Shown one piece after another: positions 13,331-26,562 of a stretch of DNA of 64,000 bases. A program made the position numbers and the translations under genes. Below the pieces are notes generated by a model. The model made no database searches. It was given only the letters and a program-made list of their open reading frames with translations, and was not told the DNA's origin. The first letter of the stretch is position 1; every line of letters starts with the position of its first letter. The DNA is from Octopus vulgaris (lineage: Eukaryota), in assembly GCA_951406725.2 (NCBI GenBank), contig OX597818.1, positions 142,786,001 to 142,850,000 on the forward strand, written 5' to 3'.

Positions 13331-13613
13331 CGCTGCAGCCGGCAACAATGTGGTTATTTTCCCGCTAAATCGCCAAACTCTCGCTCTTTCTCGCTACTCG
13401 ACTTATACACGCAGTAGTTGCTTGGTAATAAATAAGTCGGCCTCGAAATAAATTATGTTATTCGTTTGGAGTTTTATTATTATTCTCATGATCCTGAGTA
13501 ACAATTTTTACTAACAATGAATTAAGAATTATTAATACAACATATTCGTGTAATTTCTATCTACTCTTTTTAGTAGTGTAAGAGGCTTATTTCATACCAT
13601 TTGAACTAAAGAT

Positions 13614-13677
<64 letters not shown>

Positions 13678-14264
13678 AGACCTCTCTCCCTCTCCGCTCA
13701 CAGGTATATATATATATATATCAACAAACACGGTCCTCTCTCTCTCTCTGCTCACAGGCGTGTGTGTGTGTATATATCTATATATATCAACAAACACACA
13801 CCTCTCTCCGCTCACAGGTGTATATATATATATATATATATAACTATATACACGCGCGTGTGTGTTTGTATGTATACGTACCTATATTACATATATTCAG
13901 TCAGAAATTATTTAGTGCGCCAAAATTCGGAATTTCTTCGGATGAGTATGTTTTCCACGTCAGAAATTAGAATTCTTCAAAAATTATAATTTCTAAAATC
14001 ACATTTGAAATAATTTTTGTACAATAGACAAAACTGAAAAATTACAGAAAAGGGGAGTCCCCCTTTATATCTTTTTCAACATCGTAATCTATGATACTTA
14101 TCCGAAGAAATTTGTTTTTAGGAACAACACACACACACACACACGTATCCTGTGTATATGTGTGTCCTTACTTGATTGACTTTCAAAATTACAAAACAAA
14201 CACCTACAAAATCATATATTATTAGCTACCATCTCTTACTGAAGGTGTGTATAATATTTATTCT

Positions 14265-15195
14265 ACTCATACATCTGGTTAAAGGTAAAAATCTATTTCA
14301 ATGAAAGAGACTCAATTAAAAACTCAAAAAATAGACTCAGCAGAGTTTCCAGATCTTATAAGTGACCAAAGCCTTTCTGACACCATGCTTCATGGCCCAA
14401 ATGTGCCACTATTTCCAAAAGTTTCTGGCAAAAAATAACCCAATAAATGCATCAAAAGGCATCCCAGGAAACTGATAAAAGAAACTCCACTGAACAGAAA
14501 GAAAAGGCCTTAAGGTGGAGGATTTGATGTCAAAATAAAAATGAGAAATAGTAATGGGTAATCTGTAGATAATTCAAAAATGAGACACTTAATATTGTCC
14601 ATCAAAATAAAGTATTATCTCTGAGAAGAAAGGATCTTCCATCAGTTGTATTAAATATTTTTGTAAAAGTAACATTATGCATATGTTCTTGGAGTAAAAT
14701 TATTCTTGTGTTTCCCGTGTGTAGTATAAAAAGGAAAATGTCGATGAGATCAAAAATAAGTAAAATCAGCATGTGTAAAATGCAGAAGTAGATACAGCAA
14801 TTTTATATTTCATTCAGCTAAAATGTTCTTGTATTGAGACAAACTGAATGAGAAAAAAAAAACTTTTCCTGTTCTATTTAGAGAAAAGAGTATGAACAAT
14901 TTGCTCCAGTTGCATTGGAAATGTTGAGATCAACAACTAATAGAGCATGCTTTAGAAATACCTTTGATGTATACATAAATGTTCTGTTACTCAATCAAGT
15001 CAGTTAAATATGTGTGCAAGTATGTTAATAAGATGTGACTATGTGTACTCTTCAAAAACGAAGGACAAAGAATGAAGTGTTCTTATTTTATTTGGAAAAG
15101 TACATTAGCAGCAATGAAGCATTCTGGTACAATTTTAGATTTTCAGTTTATGAACAACACTCTATCATCTAACAACTTAGTGGTATCCACTTGAA
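14265..15195 (+). pseudogene. Decayed Helitron RepHel (Rep region) relic
   Basis: Frameshifted colinear motifs IWLKVKI, SAEFPD, MLHGP, KCIKRHPRKLIKET, FDVYINV/CYSIKSVKYVCKYVNK, KYISSNEAFW. Compare Helitron SAEIPD..MIHGPC..HINVE.C.S.KS.KY..KY..K..RYISS.EA.W. Confidence 0.8.
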
Positions 15196-17083
15196 TTAGA
15201 GATGCCCTGCAATAAATTATCTGTTTTACTAAATGTGTACCAGGACATGTTGTTGTCGTCGTTTAACGTCCACTTTCCATGCTAGCATGGGTTGGACGGT
15301 TTGACCGAGAGCTGGTGAGCCAGAGGCTGCACCAGGTTCAGTCTGATCAGACAAAGTTTCTACAGCTGCATGCCCTTCCTAACGCCAACCACTCTGAGAG
15401 TGTAGTGGGTGCTTTTACATGCCACCGGCACAAGGACCAGTCAGGCAGTACTGGCAATGGCCATGCTCAAATGGTGTTTTTTATGTGCCACCTGCACAGG
15501 AGCCAGTCCAGCACCATTGGCAACGACCTTGGTCGAATGCTTTTTCATGTGCCAGTGTGGCACACTAATAACAATCACGTTTGAATGGTGCTTTTCTCAA
15601 TACATTTATGTAGTAGTTGTTTATCATAGCCAAGCTACAACAGCTTTACAACTTTAAAGTTCCTCTGAATGCCTCTCCTCCCTTGGACACACAAAGACCT
15701 GTTGAGGCAAGCGAAGTTGATATCGAACCTCATCCGACGACAGGCACCTATGCTAACCCCCCTTTGCTTGCGAAGACCTGTTGGGGCAAGTGAAATCGGA
15801 ATCGAAATTGAACCAATCCTATGACTGGCACCCAGCAGATGCCAGGACCCCTGGACTGGAGATACGTAAAAAGCACCATCCGATTCGTGGCCGAAGCCAG
15901 TGCCACCTCGACTGGCTTCCGTGCAGGTGGCACGTAAAATGTACCAATCTGACCGTGGTCGATGCCAGCCTCGCCTGGCACCAGTGCAGGTGGCACGTAA
16001 AAAGCACCCACTACACTCACGGAGTGGTTGGCGTTAGGAAGGACATCCAGCTGTAGAAACATTGCCAGATAAGACCAGAGCCTGGTGCAGCCTTCTGGCT
16101 TACCAGATCCCCGGTCGAACCGTCCAACCCATGCTAGCATGGAGAACGGACGTTAAACGATGATGATGAATCATATCTAGAAAATCCTTTGGCTCATGTA
16201 ACCAACAAAACAGATTTCTTTGTGAGGCTCCTATAGCCATGAATTCATGTAACCATGTTAGAACAAAACAATAAAATAAAAAGCTTAAGTTTTGCTAACA
16301 ATATTTAATTTATAGCTGTAGCACCCCAAAAGTCTAATTGAAAACTTGAGCCAGTGAATGAGCCTCTACAAAGTCAGTCAGTCTGTTAGAAACAGAAGCT
16401 AAATTTCTCTCAACTTGACACTTTACTGTCTTAAAGAATGATACATTAGACAATGTAGTTCCTAATATACAGAAATGCAGGATGGTTGGAATACCTTTGA
16501 TCATAAGTCTGTTTCATCAAGATTGACATGAGGCTAAAATAAAATCATAGGAAGTGAAGGTTGTGAAAACTGAAAAGGTGGTGGCAAAATAGCATTTAAG
16601 ATGATTCCCAACTCTTAAAAATTGCCCAATATCATGAGGAATAAGGAAAAATTATTAGGCTGTAAACTCTATTTTGTCTTTTCATGACAGATATATATCA
16701 CTAATATTTTTGGTAGAGGTCTCAGTATTTGTCAGTGTCAGCACTACAGTGGCAAATGATTAAAATCTTGCTCTCCAGGAATGAGAGAAAAAAAGTAAAT
16801 TACTAGAATAATAATTTAAGATAAACATAGTTGCCCACTTGCTAATTACATAATATACTTATATATATATACTCTCTTTCTTTTTTCTCTCTTTTACATG
16901 TTTCAGCCATTTGACTGCAGCCATGCTGGAGCACCACCTTTAGTCGAGCAAATCGACCCCAGGACTTAATCTTTTGTAAACACAGTACTTATTCTATCGG
17001 TCTCTTTTTGCCGAACCGCTAAGTCATGGGGACATAAATACACCAGCATCGGTTGTCAAGCAATGCTAGGGGGACAAACACAG

Positions 17084-17116
<33 letters not shown>

Positions 17117-17547
17117 CATATATACGACAGGCTTCTTTCAGTTTCCGTCTACCAAATCCACTCACAAGGCATTGGTCGGCCCGGGGCTATAGCAGAAGAC
17201 ACTTGCCCAAGATGCCACACAGTGGGACTGAACCCGGAACCATGTGGTTGGTTAGCAAGCAACTTACCACACAGCCACTCCTGCGCCTATATAAATTATT
17301 ATATATAATTTATAATTTTGTTTTTATCTCTTACTTGTTCCCGTCATGGAACTGTGGCCATACTGAAGCACTGTCTTAAAAAGTTTAATTGAACAAATTG
17401 AATCTAATACTTATTTATTTTTTTAAAATTCTGGTTCTTATGCTATTAGCCATTTTAGCCAAACTACTACTAAGTTGCAACAATATAAACAAACTATCAC
17501 TGATTGTTGAGTGGTGAGGGGAGGCAGACACATACACATACATATAT

Positions 17548-18020
17548 GCTTCTTTATTGGCCACGCAGGGCTGAACACAGAAGGGACAAAATACAAAGTA
17601 GAGATTTTCTTTTGGAGAGGAAGAAAAAAAGAAAAGGTGGGTCGAATTCTGATCAAAAGGGATCGTGGAAAAAAAAAGGTGGGGCTGATCAATAGGACTT
17701 GTGTATCACAGAAATGTCAATGTAAAAAGGGGAAACAGACTAGGTTTATCCGTGGAAAGAAAAGCCTATGGAAAAGACCATGGTAATCTTGGGCAATAGC
17801 GTCATCCAAAAAACACATTACAATAACTGGCTCTCTTTTTTCCTTTCCTTTTTTTTTGGTTCATTGGATCATGCTGAAGCTGGCTCCGTCTTTCACATGT
17901 CATCCTTGCTACATTCACCCATCTTTTTTTGAAACATTCACTTGACAAAACTTCCTTCTCAACTCTCACCTTCCTCTTCAAGTGATACTTGAAGAAGTTG
18001 ATGAGAGATTGACCAGAGAT
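17548..18020 (-). mobile_element. 3' end of a LINE (probably Tx1/L1-like): ORF2 C-terminus and 3' UTR
   Basis: SGQSLINFFKYHLKRKVRVEKEVLSSECFKKRWVNVARM, then a T-rich UTR ending GTCCCTTCTGTGTTCAGCCCTGCGTGGCCAATAAAGAA. The clade is inferred. Confidence 0.55.
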
Positions 18021-18759
18021 CTCGTTGTTAAAGATTATGTGCTAAAAAAGTGGGTTATACTTCAAAAATATTTTGACAATTTCATTTCACAGATTTACTA
18101 ATAATATCTAAATATATAAATATAATGGGATTTTTTTAAAGCATCAAATGACTAGTGGATGCCAGTAGAGTGAAATAGGATTCAAAGAGGTCCATAGGTA
18201 CAAAAATGGTTGAGAACCACTGGATCACTGGTGTATACAAGAGAAAACAATAATGCCATAAAGGTTTTTAGTTGTGTCAAAATTCCTGTGATGCCTGGTG
18301 CAATGTATAATTGAAGGAATGTGCAAGCTGTTTTACTAATTTGTTCATTTCTTTTTGATTGATTTTTGCTTACTGAAGCCCATCATATATCATCATCATC
18401 ATCATCATCTTTTAACGTCCATTTTCCATGCTGGCATGGGTTGGACGGTTTGACCAGAGCTAGCAAGCTGCCTCTGATTCCAGTTGGATTTAGCTTGGTA
18501 TCTACGGCAGGATGCCCTTCCTAACTCCAACCACACTACGGTGCGTGTGTGTGTGTATACGTATAAATATAAGTGCATTGGTCACTGTCACATTGCCTTG
18601 ACGTAGCGTGATAGTTGTAAACGAGCGTCACCGTCATGCAAGGGAAATATACCTTACTTGGAAACAGGCGAAGGTAGGCGACAGGAAGGGCATCCAACTG
18701 TTAAAATCCACCTCAACAAATTCCGTCCAACACATGAAAGCATGGAAAAGGACGTTAAA

Positions 18760-18800
<41 letters not shown>

Positions 18801-18825
18801 AATGATCATCATCATCATCATCATC

Positions 18826-18867
<42 letters not shown>

Positions 18868-19083
18868 ACAACAACAACAACAACTTTAGTAAATTGTATT
18901 CTCTGGCAGTATTATATCTAATTGCAATAAAGAAAGAAAGAATAATACAAGAAATAAATAATTTGGTCTCTCCAAAAAAAGAAAGAAAGAAAAGAAAAAT
19001 ATGGAGAAGAAAAAGGGTTGTTTGTTTACTAAGATCTAACGTAAGTCAATATTCGCCGGAACAAGTAATCTCTTTATATAAAA

Positions 19084-19481
19084 TCTTTATATATAAAAGA
19101 GAGGTTGTGTGCCTGTCTCCTACGATTTAGATTCCTAACTACTCCCACATTTTGCGGTGCAGTTTAACCAAAACCGGGTATCTTATAGTCGTGATTCATA
19201 TCGAGCCCTTCTGGGTATTAGCGCGCGTCTACGATGAGTCCACGATTTAAAAAAAAATTTACCATCCTTTTTTCCATTTTAATGCATTTTTTAAGCTATT
19301 ATATAAGGGAAGTAACTCTCTAAAAATGTCTACGATGAGTCAACGATTTAAAAAAAAATTTATCATAATTTTTTTTCCATTTTTAATGCATTTTTTTGCT
19401 ATTTTTTGGCTATAACTCTCTAAAAATGCTTATATAGTTATTTCCCTTACAAACCCGAGCAACGCCGGGCGATACTGCTAG
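19084..19481 (+). mobile_element. Non-autonomous Helitron, subfamily 1
   Basis: 5' half near-identical to the 9974 copy, same hairpin and CTAG|T end. Confidence 0.85.
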
Positions 19482-19688
19482 TAAGAAATAAAAATAAACA
19501 GCTTGCTGTGTGAATTAAATTAAACAAAAGCTGAGGCTAAAAAAAAATACTGGGAGTTGATATAACTGACTTAGGAAAAAGAAAATAGAAGATGGGGCTC
19601 CAGCATTGCCGCAGGCCGATAACCAAAACCAATTAAAAATATAAATCTAGGAATAAGTTTTATAAAAAGAAGAAAAAAAACTAAAAAA

Positions 19689-19952
19689 ATAACCTCAAAG
19701 TATCCCCCCTCCCACCACTACCAGCCAATACCATCAAAGAAATGTATCTCCCCCTCCCCCCGCGTCATACCATCAAAGAAATGTATCTTGTTGATAGGAG
19801 AGACTGGAATTGTCTCCCCTGAACGTCGGTGGTCGGCCATATTGTTTAACAATCATTAAATGCAAGTTTTTTGGTTTATTTAAGACAGAGAAAATATTCC
19901 TGGACAGAAGAGACTCCTTGACTTGATTTATTTATTGCCTCGAAGTTCAATT
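19689..19952 (+). promoter_or_regulatory. Putative DCAF7 promoter and non-coding first exon
   Basis: C-rich Sp/KLF-like tracts, CCAAT (19725), YY1-like CGGCCATATTG (19834), a GTAAGT donor at 19953 and a CpG-retaining stretch downstream. The acceptor just before the DCAF7 ATG implies an upstream exon. Inference only. Confidence 0.5.
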
Positions 19953-21930
19953 GTAAGTAAACACAAACACGCATCCTTATTGTTCATACCGCTCTCGCTT
20001 ATACATTTACTTCGCGATCGTCGTACTTTAACCTTTAATCTTTAAACATGTTTAGTCAACACGAGTGAAAAATAACAAACAATTCCATTTTTTTATGTTA
20101 AAAAGTCGGAATATTTCTCTTTTTCCCCTTTTTGTCGCATTTCATTTTATTGCCTCGAACGTGTTTGTTATGCAAATTAAAATATTGTACTATTGTCGCC
20201 TTTTAATTAATTAATTATTTTCTTAGACATTTAGGCGATCTTTCGTTTCTAGTACCGACATTTACAGAATCCGTTTTGCTTTAAAATGTATTTTAACCAC
20301 TTAAAAAAATTCAACTTTATTTTTATTAGGAAAAAAAAAAGAATATAGTGTTTGGGGTTTAGGAACTTAAATGTACCCAAACCGAAAGATCGGCCTATAA
20401 ATATCTTCATAAATATGACAGTTCTCCACCCCCCTTATCTTGTTTCTTTTATGTCTAATTGTAGTTAATTAAAGACGGCGGTTTACATGAGTCAATTAGT
20501 ATTTTCCTCTTAGTTTGCACATTATGTCTTTTTTTTCTTTCCTTTTAAATTGATTTGGTTTTTGTCTCGACTTAGAAATGTCTAAAAGACTTGGATTATG
20601 CAGATTCCATTGGCGTCGGACAAAGTTCGTAGTAATTAATTTGTTCTCGATTTTTATATATCTATTCCTTTATTGCCCACAAGGGGCTAAACACAGAGGG
20701 GACAAACAAAGACAGATATAGGTATTAAGTCGATTACATCGACCCCAATGCGTAACTGGTACTTATTTAATCGACCCCGAAAGGATGAAAGGCAAAGTCG
20801 ACCTCGGCGGAATTTGAACTCAGAACGTAGCGGCAGACGAAATACCTATTTCTTTACTACACACAAGGGGCTACACACCGAGAAGACAAACAAGGACAGA
20901 CAAAGGGATTTAAGTCGATTACATCGACCCCAGTGCGTAACTGGTACTTAATTTATCGACCCCGGAAGGATGAAAGGCAAAGTCGACCTCGGCGGAATTT
21001 GAACTCGAGCTCGAATAACATCGAAGTTAACTTTGCCTCTCATCCTTTTTTCCCCCTTTTTTTTTGAGGATCGGTAAAATACCCTACCAGTCAAAATTTA
21101 GGGTCGATTTAATCGGCTAAACCCCTCTTCCAAATCTCTGGCCTTGTTCCTCTTATTAGAAATTATTATTGCTAGTTGCGGCTTTTTTCATTTCGAGTTC
21201 TATTCTCATCGACGTCAACTTTGCCTTTCGTCCTCAAGTTGATTAAAAAAAAAAAGTACCAACCATGTATTAAGGTTGATTTGATCGTCTGAATTCTCCT
21301 TATCAATTTGGGTACCTATATCAGAAAACATATTATACTCTTATTTTTATTCTGTGTTTTCACTGCCCAACCTAGGACAGCTGATTCATGCAGTGTATTG
21401 TTTTGGATTTGTGTTTTTTATAGTATTGAAAGTACTCTACGTAAGGTGTGCAGTGAGTGTCTAGTAGTAACTATTTTCTATATGTTGCGTCTGCTTTGTA
21501 AGTCCTGGTGTTTTGGTTATGTATTTGTCTTTATGCATTTTTTAAATCATTCTTACAACACCTATTATTATAGGAACTATTGTTCATGTTTTCAGTCCTC
21601 CTATTCAAGTTACAGATCTTTTATATTTGGAAAATTTCTTAATTTCTTTGAGAAATACATTATCATTTCTTAGAGCTGATAAATCAAGGCACCTCTTTCC
21701 CTGGTACTCCTTTACAACAATATCTGGTCAATTAGCCTTGATATCTCTGTTTTTGTGTATGGTCACTGTTATTCTCTAAGGCTTTTTCTGGTTTATGCTT
21801 ATACCACCTTGTTTCTTTCTTTCTGTCTTTCATAATAATGGTATAAATCTAGATGAAAGTCCCAATTCTGTCATACCTGTAGATGTATTCTTTCTTAACT
21901 AAAGACTGGACAACGATAGAGTTTTTTACT

Positions 21931-22472
21931 GCAAGGCCCCTCTTCCAAAATTCACTTGTCCATGACAAAAAATACTCCTCTACTACAGTTCTGACCCCAT
22001 ATACAGAATTCATATTTTTTCTGTCCAAATGATTTTGAAGACTGCGGAATAGATGATAATCAGATGAACCAATGTCTGGCGAATATCGTGGGTGGGGCAT
22101 GGTTTCCCATTCAAACTGCTCCTGCTTCTGGAATGTCATCCAAAGATGGTCATTCTTCTTCTAGCACTGACTTGAATGACTGGTTGAATGACCAAAGCTT
22201 CTCTGATAATTCCTCAACAGTTACAATGGGAATTTGTTCCACCAGGATTTGCAGGATACGCTTGTCAAGCTCTACAGATCTTCCAGGGCGAGGCTTGTCT
22301 TCTAGGGTGTATTTTCCAGCTCTGAATTTCTGGAAACACTATTGACACTGGTTTACGCTTATTGTCAGATCCCCATATACTGCATTAATATTCCTTGCAC
22401 TTTCCGCTGCATTGTTGCCTTTATTGAACTCATAAAGCAAAATATGTTGAATGTGTCCTTTGTCACTTCCAT
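21931..22472 (-). pseudogene. Degraded, internally deleted mariner transposase
   Basis: N-terminal LLYEFNKGNNAAESARNINAVYG..PRPGR and C-terminal PHPRYSPDIGSSDYHLFRSLQNHL. Confidence 0.8.
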
Positions 22473-24727
22473 TATAGCTTTGAAAAAAAATAAACTGTTA
22501 AAATCGAACTGCACTCTTCAAAACTTGCACTAAGTATAATAACAAGGTAAAATTACTACCTGCTTTTATAGCAAGTTGATCCAGGTAGTTTATCCCGTAC
22601 CCCTCTATATATGACCCAATATATATATATCATCATCATCATTTAGCGTCCGCTTTCCATGCTAGCATTGGTTGGACGGTTCAACTGGTGTCTGTGAAGC
22701 CAGAAGGCTGCATCAGGCCCAGTCTGATCTGGCAGTGTTTCTACAGCTGGATGCCCTTTCCTAACGCCAACCACTCCGTGAGTGTAGTGGGTGCTTTTTA
22801 TGTGCCACTCGCACAGGTGCCAGACGGAGCTGGCAAACGGCCACGGACGGATGGTGCTTTTTACGTGCCATATATATATATATATATACACATATATATA
22901 CTCATGTGCAGGTAAAAGTGCCCAAGCGGTGCCACATAAACGCACCCAGCACACTCTGTAAAGTGGTTGGCATTAGGAAGGGCATCCAGTAGTAGAAACC
23001 ATGCCAAATCAGACTGGAGTTTGGTGCAGCCCCTGCCACCCAGCTTGCCAACTCTGGTCACACCATCCAGCATGGATGATGGACATTAAATGGTGATGAT
23101 GATATATATATATATATATTAATATAATATAATATAAATATATGCATATATATGTACATACCTACATCCATATGTATATATACATGCATAAGAACAAAAC
23201 AAGACAGGCGCAGGAGCCATGTGTTGAGAGGGATTCTTTGGGGTTTGAGTAATTCACCTCTGGAAGCATGTTTTGTTCAACGTCCTTAAACAACCCTTAT
23301 TCAGGAACCTTTTGAGCAGGATGGGTTACTCGACCAGAAGAAAATTCTAACTGGGCCCCACCTGCAAGGTCATGTGCTGTTTATTTTGATATGAGATTAC
23401 CATGTCGCTCACATATGGTTGTGATGCATGTGCCTAGTGTACCTTTATCGGACGGGTAGTCATGATGGGTATACTGGGCTTTGTATATTTTACACCAGTG
23501 TCACTTTGATGGCATGCACTGCACTTTCACTCAATAATAATAATAATCCTTTCTACTCTTGACACAAGACCTGAAATATGAGAGGAGTTGATTACTTTGA
23601 CCCCAATGCTCGACTGGTACTTATTTCATCAACCTTGAAAGGATAAGAAGTAATGTTGATCATGACAGAATTTGAACTCAGAATGTGAAGGGGAATAAAA
23701 TGTTACTGAGCATGTTGTCCAGTGTGTTAACAATTCCACCATTTTGCTGTCTCAATAATAATAACAGTAATCCTTTCTACTCTGGGCACAATACTTGAAA
23801 TTTGGGGGAGGGGTTAGTTGATTACATCAATCCCAGTGCATAACTGGTACTTAGTTTATCAACACTGAAAGGATGAAAGGCAAAGTGAACTTCAGTGACA
23901 TTTGAACTCAGAATGTAAAGTTGGACAAAATGCCACTAAGCATTTTATTTAGCGTGCTTAATGATTTAGCCATCTTGTCACCTTTATAATAATTATTATT
24001 GTTTCTAGTATAGGCACAGGGCCTAAAATTTGGGAGAGGAGGTTGGTTGATTAAACCCCTTTCACTGCTTGATTGATAAGTTATTTTATTGACAAAGGCA
24101 ATGATGATGCTGGCAGGGTGTGAATTAAGAACTGCTAGGCATTTTGTCTGATGCTATAGCAATTCTGCCTGTCTAGCACCCTAAATTTTTTAATAATAAT
24201 AATAATAATAATAATGTGGCTTTCTAACAAAGACAGAATTTGGGTGAAATGAAATTGACTCCAGTACTTGATGATATTTATTTAATCAACTCTCAGTAGG
24301 ATGAAAGTTAAAGTTAACTTTGGCAGGGTTTGAACCCAGACTGCAGCAAAATACTGTAAGATGAATCCATTGCTCTATTGGATTGAGGCTCTTTCAGACT
24401 GAGTCAATAGTCATTAAAAAAGCTGCAAATGGCAACAAAAGAGCTTTGACAAGCAAAAACTAAACAAATTAAATAATCAGTTAGTTAGTTGGATATTTAA
24501 CCAATTGACTAATAATAAAAGAGTTGGATTGAACCAGTGCGTGTATTAATTATATTGGCATAATTAATGACTATCCTTAGACACTGCAAGATTTGTTTCA
24601 AAACACAATTCACATAAATAATCTTGCAAACCAGATACAAAAACGATTCTGTGTTTTGTTACATTTTTCTGTATTTATAATAAATATAATAGTTTGGTTT
24701 CTATTTCTTTCTTTTTGTTTAGTTACC

Positions 24728-24880
24728 ATGTGTGCTCTACCTGCTGCACCTCCTGGCAAGAGGAAAGAGATCTATAAATACGAAGCACCATGGACTGTAT
24801 ATGGAATGAACTGGAGTATTCGTCCAGACAAGCGGTTTCGATTAGCTCTCGGTAGTTTCATGGAAGAGTACAACAACAAG
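24728..24880 (+). CDS. DCAF7: DCAF7/WDR68 coding exon 1
   Basis: AG acceptor 5 nt upstream of ATG, implying an upstream non-coding exon. [51 protein letters not shown], then a GTAACC donor. Confidence 0.97.
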
Positions 24881-26153
24881 GTAACCTTTTATGTCTCCCC
24901 ACCCTTTTCAGTGAACTGAGCAGTTGAGTAATAAATGACATCAGACATAATCACCAATTTCATACAGAAAGGACTAATCAGCTCCAGACTTAAACTTTGT
25001 ATTTTTCATTTCTGGATGACAGCATTATCAACTACATTAGATTTTGGTTCTGCATTCATCAGAAAGCAGAACCAAAATCGAAGTCGATTAACATTAATGG
25101 AAATTGCGGCTGTGATACCAGTACCGGTGACAAGTAAGCGAACCATCCGATCGTGGCCGTTGCCAGCGCCGCCCCGACTGGCCTCCGTGCTGGTGACATG
25201 TAAAAAGCACCATCCGTTCGTGGCCGTTGCCAGCCTCGCCTGGCTCCCGTGCTGGTGGCATGTAAAAAGCACCCACTACACTCGCGGAGTGGTTGGCGTT
25301 AGGAAGGGCATCCAGTCGTAGAAACACTGCCAGATCAGACTGGGCCTGATGCAGCCTTTTGGCTATCCAGACCCCAGTTGAACCGTCCAACCCATGCTAG
25401 CATGGAAAGCGGACGCTAAACGATGATGATGATGATTACAAAGTGCCAACCATTCCATCTTCTCAAACAGGACACTATAAATTCTGTCGGCTGTTTTAAC
25501 TACTAATTTATGCCTACAAGATAATTCATTAGTCACTTATTGCTGATAAGGGATGGTTATTTACAATGTGAATTTACCCAATGAGTCAATTGTGAATTAA
25601 CTGCTAAGATTTTTGTATTAAGTAACTTTTGTATTCACCAAGTTGAGAGACAGAAAAGAGAAATGAATTTGTCTCAATGGTTTTGTTTCTCATTTCTCTT
25701 CAAAACGGTGCTTTCAATGTTTAATATGATTTATATAAAAATATTGATTTCAAATTTTGGTACAAGGCCAGCAATTTCACTTTGGAGCCTTAAAGTTGCT
25801 CAAGCTACTAAAAATGGTAAGTTGAGTATATCAACACTAGTACTCAACTGTTCTTTTATCGACCCCTAAAAACTGAAAGACAAAGCCAACCTTGGTGGAA
25901 TTTGATCTCAGATTGTAAAGACAGATGAAATGCCACTAAGCATTTCACCCAGTGTGCTAACGATTCTACTAGCTTGCTGCTTTATTTAGATGAAAAATAT
26001 TAGCAATTCCTTCGCTGGTAATAGTTTTATTCTGGTTACATTTCTAGTATTTTGGGTTTTTTCCACACAAAAGTATGTAAGCTTAGCAAAATAAGATAAT
26101 GGAACTTAGAGTAGTGAACTGTACTATACCACCCTATGCTACTTATTTATAGT

Positions 26154-26562
26154 GAAAAGGTTTCGGAAACAGAATAAAACAGAAAAGGTTTCGGAAACAG
26201 AATAAAACAGAAAAGGTTTCGGAAACAGAATAAAACAGAAAAGGTTTCGGGAACAGAATAAAACAGAAAAGGTTTCGGAAACAGAATAAAACAGAAAAGG
26301 TTTCGGGAACAGAATAAAGCAGAAAAGGTTTCGGGAACAGAATAAAACAGAAAAGGTTTCGGAAACAGAATAAAACAGAAAAGGTTTCGGAAACAGGATA
26401 AAACAAAAGGTTTCGGAAACAGGATAAAACAGAAAAGGTTTCGGGAACAGAATAAAACAGAAAAGGTTTCGGAAACAGAATAAAACAGAAAAGGTTTCGG
26501 GAACAGAATAAAACAGAAAAGGTTTCGGAAACAGAATAAAACAGAAAAGGTTTCGGAAACAG
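26154..26562 (+). repeat. 28-bp minisatellite, ~14.5 copies, in a DCAF7 intron
   Basis: Unit TTTCGG(A/G)AACAG(A/G)ATAAAACAGAAAAGG at period 28, with no spacers. Confidence 0.95.

Noticed and set aside
26154-26562. CRISPR-like array (28-bp repeats with a dyad)
   Set aside because: The units are contiguous with no unique spacers, there are no cas genes, and the context is a eukaryotic intron.
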